Made by a program: the position numbers and the translations under genes. Source: a virus. Taken from it: DNA of 64,000 nt. The notes beneath the pieces were generated by a model. That model was given only the letters and a program-made list of their open reading frames with translations, was not told the DNA's origin and made no database searches. The DNA lies in IMG/VR virus record IMGVR_UViG_3300029543_000197, positions 950-64,949 of that record; one strand, 5' to 3'. This document shows, in pieces, positions 56,567 to 64,000 of this stretch (the stretch's first letter is position 1; every line of letters starts with the position of its first letter).

Positions 56567-58810
56567 ATGTATCAGACTTCACAAGAATATAAAGACTTAA
56601 TGAAGCGTCCTGTTAGAAATCAATCTTTTATGAAAGTCCAGTTAGGATTGATTAATCAGGATGCTCAACAGTCTGCGGAGCTGCAGGATCAGGAGAAGTA
56701 TAACGGTTTTTCTGATCCAACATCCCTATACAGTCAGCATACCGTGAAAAGATATGCGACCTATGAAAAAAATATGTTTCGAGCTGATGGTGGAATGTAC
56801 TTTCTTCCGAGAAGTGAAAATGATTATTCAAAAGATGGAATTACATCGAAGAATCTCTTTGCTGGAACATTTAGTGTGAAATTTGTGTTCGGATGTGGGA
56901 AGTCAGACATTAAAGGTCTGACAATTCGGTTTGGAGAAAATTATCCAACTAAATTTACAATCATGACCGATAGTGGTGAAGTGAACCAGTATAATAACGC
57001 AAATGCGACATTTGAGACGGACAGCGTATTTGAGAATACGGAATCCATCGAATTGTCGATCATAGAGATGCGTTTCCCAAATAACCGAGTGAGAATTGAT
57101 TATATTCAGTTCGGACTCGGACTTGAATATGACAACGAATGGATTAAAGAGGCGAGTAGTACAACAAGTTTGTCTGCTATTAATGATGATCTTCCTCAAT
57201 CAGAATTTTCAATAACCCTTAATAATGATAATCAGATCTTCAACGTGGACAATCCGGCATCTGAAATCAACTTCTTAGAAAGTGGTCAGAAAATCAATGT
57301 CTTGATGGGGTATAAATTGGACTCAGGGAGTGTTGAGTGGATGCAGATGCATTCTTTATATGTCCATGAATGGAGTGCTGATGACGAACAAGCAACCATT
57401 AAGGCTGTAGATGTATTGCAGTTCATGAGTGATGAGTATCACAAAGGTGAATATTATACGGACGGAATTTCATTGTATGATTTAGCTGAACAAGTGTTTG
57501 CTGATGCTGGGATAACGCCTGACGAATACGACATAGACACGTATTTGAAGAAAGTAAAAGTACACAATCCACTTCCAAACGTAACGCACAAGGAGGCATT
57601 ACAGATCATTGCAAATGCCGGACGTTGCGTACTGGATTATGACAGATATGGACGAATCAGAATCCATTCATTATTCATCCCTGAATGTGAAACAAGTTCC
57701 AATGGAACAACTTACTATTCCGATGTGAGCAGTGTCGATGTTCAGAATGAAAAAGATGTTTTTGCAACATATGAAAAAAATGGATGGAAAGCGGATGGAA
57801 AATCCTTGTTTCTAAAAAGAGTTGGTGTTTTAAACTCTGGATACGTGAGTGCGGCAATCAGTAAGGATGACGGAACCTTTACGCAAAATCCAGTTATTAC
57901 ACGGACGCTTGAGGCAAAATATAAATCCTATGGACTTTTTATTGAGTTTGGAAATATTCTTCCGAAAAAGTTTATTATACGGACGTACGCTGACAATGTA
58001 TTGAATGACACACTGGTGATTAGTTCCGGCATCGTTCAGGAATTTGAGATTCAATACGATTTCAAAGAGTATGACAAAATGGAAATCGAATTTACTGAAA
58101 TGCCATCGAATAGCAGAGTCCATGTAAATTATATCTCCATCGGATCCGAAACGGCGTATAAGATTGAGTATGATGATTTGTATTCTACTCCTATAGGTAC
58201 GCAGCTTGATAAAGTAAAAAATATAAAGGTTGCAAGATATCTTTACTCAAAAGGCAATACGTTGGATGAGCTTGTTTCTGAAACATTTACCTATGACGGA
58301 AATAGCTCTATTTATTATGTTTCTGAGCCGAGTTACGGCTACGTTGCAAGTATTCAGAACGGGAAAAGCGGTCAGTCAGCGTCTATCGTGTCATCAGGTG
58401 CTTATTATGTGGAAATTGCCCTGTCAGGTGTTTCTGTTGGGGCAGAGGTGAGCATATCGGTTAGGGGGTATAAATATAACATTTCGACAGCCTATACCGT
58501 TCAATCGGTAAATAACCGTGGTAATGATAAGGAATGGAACAACCCGTTAATTTCCGACCTGGAACATAGTAGAGAGCTTGCTGAATGGGTTGGAGATTAT
58601 TATTCGTCCGGCATAGAATATGAACTTGATTATCGTGGGGAGCCAGCGATAGATTGTGGAGACACGATCCGGCAGGAAAATAAATATGATTCCTCTCTGC
58701 AAGCTGTGGTTGAAGAGTCTCAGATTTCATATGATGCCGGAGCTTTGAGTGGTGGACTCAGAACAAGGAGAAAAGGAAATGTGGAAAGAGCCAAAAACAG
58801 ATTGGTCTGA
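56567..58810 (+). CDS. Tail-associated lysin / baseplate hub (prophage tail endopeptidase-like)
   Basis: 747 aa following the tape measure and distal-tail genes. Confidence 0.5.
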   Translation: MYQTSQEYKDLMKRPVRNQSFMKVQLGLINQDAQQSAELQDQEKYNGFSDPTSLYSQHTVKRYATYEKNMFRADGGMYFLPRSENDYSKDGITSKNLFAGTFSVKFVFGCGKSDIKGLTIRFGENYPTKFTIMTDSGEVNQYNNANATFETDSVFENTESIELSIIEMRFPNNRVRIDYIQFGLGLEYDNEWIKEASSTTSLSAINDDLPQSEFSITLNNDNQIFNVDNPASEINFLESGQKINVLMGYKLDSGSVEWMQMHSLYVHEWSADDEQATIKAVDVLQFMSDEYHKGEYYTDGISLYDLAEQVFADAGITPDEYDIDTYLKKVKVHNPLPNVTHKEALQIIANAGRCVLDYDRYGRIRIHSLFIPECETSSNGTTYYSDVSSVDVQNEKDVFATYEKNGWKADGKSLFLKRVGVLNSGYVSAAISKDDGTFTQNPVITRTLEAKYKSYGLFIEFGNILPKKFIIRTYADNVLNDTLVISSGIVQEFEIQYDFKEYDKMEIEFTEMPSNSRVHVNYISIGSETAYKIEYDDLYSTPIGTQLDKVKNIKVARYLYSKGNTLDELVSETFTYDGNSSIYYVSEPSYGYVASIQNGKSGQSASIVSSGAYYVEIALSGVSVGAEVSISVRGYKYNISTAYTVQSVNNRGNDKEWNNPLISDLEHSRELAEWVGDYYSSGIEYELDYRGEPAIDCGDTIRQENKYDSSLQAVVEESQISYDAGALSGGLRTRRKGNVERAKNRLV

Positions 58811-59189
58811 AAGCGACTACTTCAATTACGAAGATTACAACCGAATCAAAAACAATATAGCGTACCTACAGGGAGTTGCACTAACGCTATATGCTGATAT
58901 TTCGATGAAAGAAATGGGGAGCGATAAAGCAAGTTATGCAGACTTTCCGTATGCGGACGAATTTAATTCCCTAGAGGATAATTTAGAATCGCTAATGAAT
59001 GATACGTTTGCTTTTGCTGATACGGATAAAAAAATGTGGATAGACAACGGCAGAACACCGTCCTACGAAGACTTGAACAGACTGGAAAGCTCCTGCCTTG
59101 CTTTTTACAATGGCTATACCACACAAAAGCTGACGCAGCAGAGGTTATCTATTGTGCTGGGGCGAGTTCAGTCAGCGATAAAATGTTAG
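58779..59189 (+). CDS. Tail/baseplate hypothetical protein
   Basis: ATG after AAGGAGAAAAGGAA. Confidence 0.4.
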   Translation: MWKEPKTDWSESDYFNYEDYNRIKNNIAYLQGVALTLYADISMKEMGSDKASYADFPYADEFNSLEDNLESLMNDTFAFADTDKKMWIDNGRTPSYEDLNRLESSCLAFYNGYTTQKLTQQRLSIVLGRVQSAIKC

Positions 59190-59201
59190 GAGGGTTAGGA
59201 G

Positions 59202-59840
59202 ATGCAATATACACCATTATCTTTAGACTTTAAAGATGAGATATTATCAAGCGTAAATACGCAAAGAAAATATCGTCAGACTATCAATACTGACGGGACA
59301 ATTTCTTTGGAAGATTTGACTGCGTATGCTCAAAAAGGAACAGTCTATGGAGCAAAAGAGATAATAGAAGAAAGAAAGGCATTGAATGATATCCATGCGA
59401 ATAAGATTGTATCCTTGAGTGAAGTGAGCCTTGTCACGGAAGAGGGATATTTTGTTGATGCAAAAGCTGTAAAGGAATTGTATGACATGATTACCCCTGT
59501 CAGCTACGCACAGTCAATGTTTCATATCCAGCCATTTTATAACGTATCTGCGTTTTCGGCTTACAAAATCGGCAGGGAGGTACATTTCAATGTATCTCTC
59601 AATGCTAAAAGCGGAACTACATTAATTGCTAACAACTTGTATGGCATCAATTCGGAGGCTATTCCAGCAGAGCTTAGACCCACTGTAGCAACGCACATCC
59701 AGTGCGTAGGATGTTCGCAGAGTTGGGGGAACGGAGTCGCTGCAATGTCATATGTTGATACTACGGGTGTTATTTATTTCTCCACGCCGGCAGTGAGAGA
59801 TTTCTATAAATTCCACGGTGTATGGATTGCGAGATCATAG
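59202..59840 (+). CDS. Tail fiber/baseplate hypothetical protein
   Basis: TAGGAGGGTTAGGAG RBS. Confidence 0.4.
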   Translation: MQYTPLSLDFKDEILSSVNTQRKYRQTINTDGTISLEDLTAYAQKGTVYGAKEIIEERKALNDIHANKIVSLSEVSLVTEEGYFVDAKAVKELYDMITPVSYAQSMFHIQPFYNVSAFSAYKIGREVHFNVSLNAKSGTTLIANNLYGINSEAIPAELRPTVATHIQCVGCSQSWGNGVAAMSYVDTTGVIYFSTPAVRDFYKFHGVWIARS

Positions 59841-59853
59841 TGAGGAGGCACAC

Positions 59854-60525
59854 ATGAATATCTTATTTTTGGACAAAATGAATCTTGTTAATGGCTTCGC
59901 GTCTGTGATTGCAAGTAATCTGATACAGATTACAGGGTGTGAACAGAATCTTTCCGGCTTTTATCTTCTTAATGATGCTGGAAACGTTTACGGAAAATAC
60001 GAAGATTTCACAACATTGTATCGGGTGTTTGATGATGGGTACATTCTTTCCAATGATGGGAGCGTGTATGAGGAGCCTGAACCAGTTCCAATTATGCCGG
60101 AAACGCTTGAAGAAGTGATAGAATCGAAAGTAATTGAAATGAATGATACGCAGCAGGCATTAATTGCACAAGGGGTTGATGTTGTTCTATCCGATGGAAG
60201 TACCGAACATTTTACGTTGACAGAACACGACCAGACAAGCCTCGTTGGACTGCAAGCACAGGTTATGGCAAGAGAAGAAAATATTCCGTGGCACACGTCT
60301 GATGAGGACAAACATTGCAAGTTCTATAGCAATGAGGACATGGCTAGGATTACATCGAAAGCAATGGGATATGTTACATGGCATGTTACTTATTTTCGTG
60401 ACCTGAGAATTTATATTCGATCACTGAAAAACAAAGAAGAGGTTGAACGAGTTGTCTATGGAATGGATATCCCGGTCAATTATCAGTCTGAGCCGCTGAA
60501 AGCAATGCTGGCTCAAAAATCATGA
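59854..60525 (+). CDS. Hypothetical tail-region protein
   Basis: ATG after GTGAGGAGGCACAC. Confidence 0.4.
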   Translation: MNILFLDKMNLVNGFASVIASNLIQITGCEQNLSGFYLLNDAGNVYGKYEDFTTLYRVFDDGYILSNDGSVYEEPEPVPIMPETLEEVIESKVIEMNDTQQALIAQGVDVVLSDGSTEHFTLTEHDQTSLVGLQAQVMAREENIPWHTSDEDKHCKFYSNEDMARITSKAMGYVTWHVTYFRDLRIYIRSLKNKEEVERVVYGMDIPVNYQSEPLKAMLAQKS

Positions 60526-60932
60526 GGAGAATAAGACCGCTGATTTTATTTGGGATTGGCGGCCTTATTTATATGCTACTTGAGGTTGTTGCACGAGGAC
60601 GAACCCACTGGACAATGTTTATTGTTGGTGGCGTAGCGTTCTTTTTGATTGGGTGCATCAATGAAAAATATCGCAGCATGGCACTTGCGAAACAGATGGT
60701 TATAGGGTCGGCAGTGATTACATTATTGGAGTTTGTGTGCGGTTGCATCGTAAATCTATTGCTTGGCTGGAATGTATGGGATTACAGCAATATGCCATTC
60801 AATCTGCTGGGGCAAATCTGTCTTCCGTTTTCGATTTTGTGGTTTCTTTTGTCTGCCATTGCAGTTGTTCTTGACGATTGGATTCGACATCTGCTGTGGG
60901 GAGAAGAAATGCCAAGATATAAATTATTTTAA
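60522..60932 (+). CDS. Multi-pass membrane protein (4 TM)
   Basis: 136 aa with four hydrophobic helices. Confidence 0.45.
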   Translation: MRRIRPLILFGIGGLIYMLLEVVARGRTHWTMFIVGGVAFFLIGCINEKYRSMALAKQMVIGSAVITLLEFVCGCIVNLLLGWNVWDYSNMPFNLLGQICLPFSILWFLLSAIAVVLDDWIRHLLWGEEMPRYKLF

Positions 60933-60975
60933 AAATATTTGTAGATGAGAGAAAGACAATGGGGTATACAAAAGC

Positions 60976-62091
60976 ATGAAAATCAAAGTAGTAAATCAGC
61001 GGCTCTATCTTGAGCCGCCTGAGACAGCAGAGGGGACGAGGGAGTATCTGAAAGCGGAGTTCAGCTTCTCAGAGGAATGGGATGGAACCGTAAAGACTGC
61101 TTTCTTCCGGGGAGCGGATTGGGAAAATCATCCGAAACTTCTGAAAGATGATACCTGTATCGTACCAGCAGAAGCTCTTGCCGTACCGGGACGGGTCGGG
61201 GTATCCGTATCCGGGACACTGGGCGAGGCGATCATCACGACCGACATCAAGAGCTTTACGGTTCCGGCTACGCTCTCGGGTGGTACTCCATCCGATCCTG
61301 AGCCGACAGTATGGCAGCAGATTCTTGACAAGGTGGACGAGACGAAACAGATCGCCCAGTCAGTCCGGGAGGATGCAGAGGCTGGAAAGTTTGCGGCTAC
61401 CGCTGAGATGGTGGAGCGGGCAGTCAGCACATACATGACTGGATTGTCGCCGGAGATGCACCGGAACATCTTTCGGGGGGAATGCCTGGGAGAATCAATT
61501 ACGGCAGAACAGCTGGCTACAATCCGAGATGGAAGCTTCAAGGATTTGTATGTTGGTGATTACTGGGAAAAGGATGGGGTGAAATATCGGATAGCAGACA
61601 TCAATTATTGGAAAAATGTAGGTTATCCGGAACAAGTACAAAAACCCCATATATTAATAGTCCCGGACACCACGTTAGGGAGCGGACAAATGAATGCGAA
61701 CAACAGTACAGCGGGCGGCTACAGGAACTCGGCGATGAAAACTGCACGGTTAAACCAAATAGCAGACTCACTGCCGGACACATTTAAAAATATACTGATA
61801 TCACATAGGATGTTTTCCGATGGAACTTGGATAACAACATCTATTGATCTCATGAACGAAGTAATGGTGCATGGGACTTATATTTGTGCTGACAACAATA
61901 ATAAGCAGACATCTGATACACAGCAATTATCATTGTTCCGGCTTGCCCCTGAATTGAAGGCGATTGGCGTCTATTGGTTGCGGAATGTGGCAAGTGAACG
62001 AATGTATACTCTAGTCTCGCAATACGGCGATGCTAGCAGTGATATGGCTACAAGCACTTACGGGATTCGCCCGGTGTTTGCAATCGGATGA
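60976..62091 (+). CDS. Putative receptor-binding protein / tail fiber with an internal high-GC segment
   Basis: 371 aa, last structural gene before lysis. A segment of about 61130-61560 is roughly 58 percent GC against roughly 38-40 percent in the flanks. Confidence 0.4.
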   Translation: MKIKVVNQRLYLEPPETAEGTREYLKAEFSFSEEWDGTVKTAFFRGADWENHPKLLKDDTCIVPAEALAVPGRVGVSVSGTLGEAIITTDIKSFTVPATLSGGTPSDPEPTVWQQILDKVDETKQIAQSVREDAEAGKFAATAEMVERAVSTYMTGLSPEMHRNIFRGECLGESITAEQLATIRDGSFKDLYVGDYWEKDGVKYRIADINYWKNVGYPEQVQKPHILIVPDTTLGSGQMNANNSTAGGYRNSAMKTARLNQIADSLPDTFKNILISHRMFSDGTWITTSIDLMNEVMVHGTYICADNNNKQTSDTQQLSLFRLAPELKAIGVYWLRNVASERMYTLVSQYGDASSDMATSTYGIRPVFAIG

Positions 62092-62124
62092 TTTTATTTT
62101 TAAATGTAAAAGGAGGTGAGAAAG

Positions 62125-62436
62125 ATGGATGACGTAATTACAAGGGCAGAGCATGAAGAGTTCAAGAAGAGGATCGAGGACGAAAATCATCGTCAGAACA
62201 AGCGGATTGAAGTATTGGAAAAGATTACGCAGCAGATTAATTCGCTTACAGTGTCAGTCGAAAAGCTCGCACAGAGTATAGAACTTATGGTAAGCGAGCA
62301 GAAGCAGCAAGGGAAACGCTTGGAAACATTAGAAAGTCGAGATGGAGATATGTGGAGAACAGCTGTAAAATACGTTCTTACAACTGCCCTCGGTCTTGTT
62401 CTTGGTGCAGCGGCAATGAAATTTGGATTGAAATAA
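62125..62436 (+). CDS. xhlA: XhlA-family hemolysin-like lysis accessory protein
   Basis: N-terminal coiled coil (EEFKKRIEDENHRQNKRIEVLEK...) and a C-terminal transmembrane helix (LTTALGLVLGAAAMKFGL). Confidence 0.6.
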   Translation: MDDVITRAEHEEFKKRIEDENHRQNKRIEVLEKITQQINSLTVSVEKLAQSIELMVSEQKQQGKRLETLESRDGDMWRTAVKYVLTTALGLVLGAAAMKFGLK

Positions 62437-62448
62437 AGGAGACTAACT

Positions 62449-62772
62449 ATGAACATTGAAATATTAATGCAGTATATGAGTTACATATTGGCAGGAATCG
62501 GAGTGCTGGCATTTCTTGTCAGCGTGATCGTGCAGGTAATCAAAGAGATGCCGGGTCTAAAAAGGGTACAGACCAATGCAGTCGCACTGGCTACATCACT
62601 GATCCTGACACCAGTAGCAGTAATCGTCTTGTGTACCTATTATCAGATAGTAATTGAGTGGTATTACATTTTCGCATCATTCATTGCCGCATTTATTGTC
62701 TACTTAGTAAGCACTGGCGGTTGGGAACGCGTGACAGAAATGTGGAATCGGAATACATATAAGAAAAAATAG
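62449..62772 (+). CDS. Holin
   Basis: 107 aa with hydrophobic helices and a basic C-terminus (NRNTYKKK), immediately upstream of the endolysin. Confidence 0.6.
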   Translation: MNIEILMQYMSYILAGIGVLAFLVSVIVQVIKEMPGLKRVQTNAVALATSLILTPVAVIVLCTYYQIVIEWYYIFASFIAAFIVYLVSTGGWERVTEMWNRNTYKKK

Positions 62773-62802
62773 AATTGCACCAGTGCAAGAAAGGAGAATA
62801 TC

Positions 62803-62979
62803 ATGACAGAACAGACGGTAAAAGAAATTATTAAGAGTTTTGCCTACGGACTTTCAGTAAAGGAAATCTCAGACAATGAGGACACATCACTGGAAACTAT
62901 GGAGAAATTTGCAGAGGAACACGCTGCGGAGATCGAGCAGAAGAAAGCAGAACTGAAAGAAGGTGGCTGGTATGAGTAA
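62803..62979 (+). CDS. Small hypothetical protein (58 aa)
   Basis: AAAGGAGAATATC RBS; acidic; lies between the holin and the lysin. Confidence 0.35.
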   Translation: MTEQTVKEIIKSFAYGLSVKEISDNEDTSLETMEKFAEEHAAEIEQKKAELKEGGWYE

Positions 62980-64000
62980 ACTTATTATTGATGTGAGCTA
63001 TCATAACGGAGTAATCAACTGGGAGAAGGTTAAGGCATCTGCTTGTGCCGGAGCTATCCTTAGATGTGGTTATGGCGATGATATCGCATCACAGGACGAT
63101 AAGCAGTGGAAGAGAAATGCAAATGAATGTACCAGACTGGGGATTCCGTTTGGTGTTTATATTTATTCGTATGCAAAGACAACTGCACAGGCAGAGTCAG
63201 AGGCAAGACATGTGCTGAGACTGGTGAAAGGATATAAACTGTCGTATCCGGTATTTTATGACCTGGAAGAATCAGGAACGCAGACAGGTGCGGCTGACCG
63301 TATGAAAAAGTTTGCTGCACTGATTGAAGCTGCAGGATATAAGTGCGGAGTGTATTGCAACAAGTCATGGTGGGACAACTACTTAAGTTCACTGGGGGCA
63401 AGATATCCGCTGTGGATCGCACGCTATAATAGTGTGCTTGGAATGAAAGCCGATATGTGGCAGTACAGTTCCGATGGAAGTGTTCCGGGCATTAGTGGAC
63501 GGGTAGATGTTAATTATTGCTATCGAGATTTTCCGGCAGAAATCACAGGGATCAGCAAGCCGTCACAGCCTGCATCCAGTCCCAGTGCAGTCGTGCCGAT
63601 TGGAACAACATTGCAGCTTGTGGTAGATACGCTGTCAGGCAAGTATGGTAATGGCGATACACGCAAGGCAAAGCTTGGCAGTCGTTACTCCGAGGTGCAG
63701 ACATTTATCAATCATATCGCATCCGCATCAGTCTCCACGCTTGCTGCAGAGACAAAGGCGGGAAAATATGGCAATGGTGATACCCGTAAGACGGTACTCG
63801 GAAAACGGTATGCAGAAGTGCAGAAAGTAATCAACGGAAGTGGATCAGGAACATCTGCTGTATACTATACGGTAGAATCCGGTGATACCCTGTCAAAGAT
63901 TGCAGCAAAATACGGCACAACCTATCAGAAGATTGCAGCGTTGAACGGCATCAAAAATCCGAATAAAATTTATGCCGGTCAGAAACTCAGGGTGAAATAA
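62963..64000 (+). CDS. Endolysin: GH25 muramidase plus two CW_7 (Cpl-7-like) repeats plus LysM
   Basis: [11 protein letters not shown]-terminal GH25 signature; two repeats [19 protein letters not shown]; C-terminal Lys[30 protein letters not shown]. The stop codon is the last three bases of the window. Confidence 0.8.
   Translation: MAGMSKLIIDVSYHNGVINWEKVKASACAGAILRCGYGDDIASQDDKQWKRNANECTRLGIPFGVYIYSYAKTTAQAESEARHVLRLVKGYKLSYPVFYDLEESGTQTGAADRMKKFAALIEAAGYKCGVYCNKSWWDNYLSSLGARYPLWIARYNSVLGMKADMWQYSSDGSVPGISGRVDVNYCYRDFPAEITGISKPSQPASSPSAVVPIGTTLQLVVDTLSGKYGNGDTRKAKLGSRYSEVQTFINHIASASVSTLAAETKAGKYGNGDTRKTVLGKRYAEVQKVINGSGSGTSAVYYTVESGDTLSKIAAKYGTTYQKIAALNGIKNPNKIYAGQKLRVK

Larger units (their letters stand above)
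1..64000 (+). mobile_element. Temperate siphovirus-like prophage; left end not reached, so the window holds part of the element
   Basis: Contiguous lysogeny, replication, packaging, head, tail and lysis modules, almost entirely on one strand. Confidence 0.85.

Noticed and set aside
60976-62091. Diversity-generating retroelement target in the receptor-binding gene, suggested by the GC-rich patch.
   Set aside because: No reverse transcriptase, template repeat or accessory Avd gene anywhere in the window. A mosaic acquisition is the simpler explanation.
1-64000. CRISPR arrays, retrons, toxin-antitoxin pairs with recognisable families, integrons.
   Set aside because: No direct-repeat/spacer arrays of CRISPR type, no reverse transcriptase, and no recognisable toxin-antitoxin family signatures were seen. 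The tandem repeats found are operator/iteron arrays or protein-coding repeats.

Overview
The window is one temperate siphovirus-like prophage of a low-GC Firmicute (Clostridia-type), almost all on the + strand. All calls below are from reading the sequence and the ORF track; no searches or tools were run.

Left to right:
- Lysogeny module, reading leftward: partial large serine recombinase at the window edge, membrane proteins, ImmA-like HExxH peptidase, CI-like XRE repressor.
- Immunity switch with 'CTTAGA(A/T)AACT' operator repeats, a Cro-like regulator and a Bro-N/KilAC antirepressor.
- Recombination and replication: SbcC/Rad50-like ATPase, RecT-like annealing protein, metallo-beta-lactamase-fold hydrolase, SSB, replisome organizer carrying an internal ori-like repeat, primase/helicase fusion.
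- Accessory early region: HNH endonuclease, three orphan methyltransferases, two Lar-like and two YopX paralogs, a lipoprotein and many small zinc-ribbon proteins.
- A GC-shifted island (~29.0-33.2 kb) with a second, divergent genetic switch.
- A second ori-like repeat copy upstream of a TerS-like gene.
- A membrane/HExxH/SPFH cassette.
- A cluster of 8 tRNA or tRNA-like genes.
- A tandem DUF2829 (Tad2-like) gene.
- Late genes: intein-containing large terminase, portal, head, tail with tape measure carrying a lytic-transglycosylase domain, XhlA, holin, and a GH25 endolysin with CW_7 and LysM repeats.

The observations I rate highest are the nested second switch and island, the duplicated ori-like repeat, the LAGLIDADG intein in the large terminase, the Tad2-like gene and the SPFH cassette.
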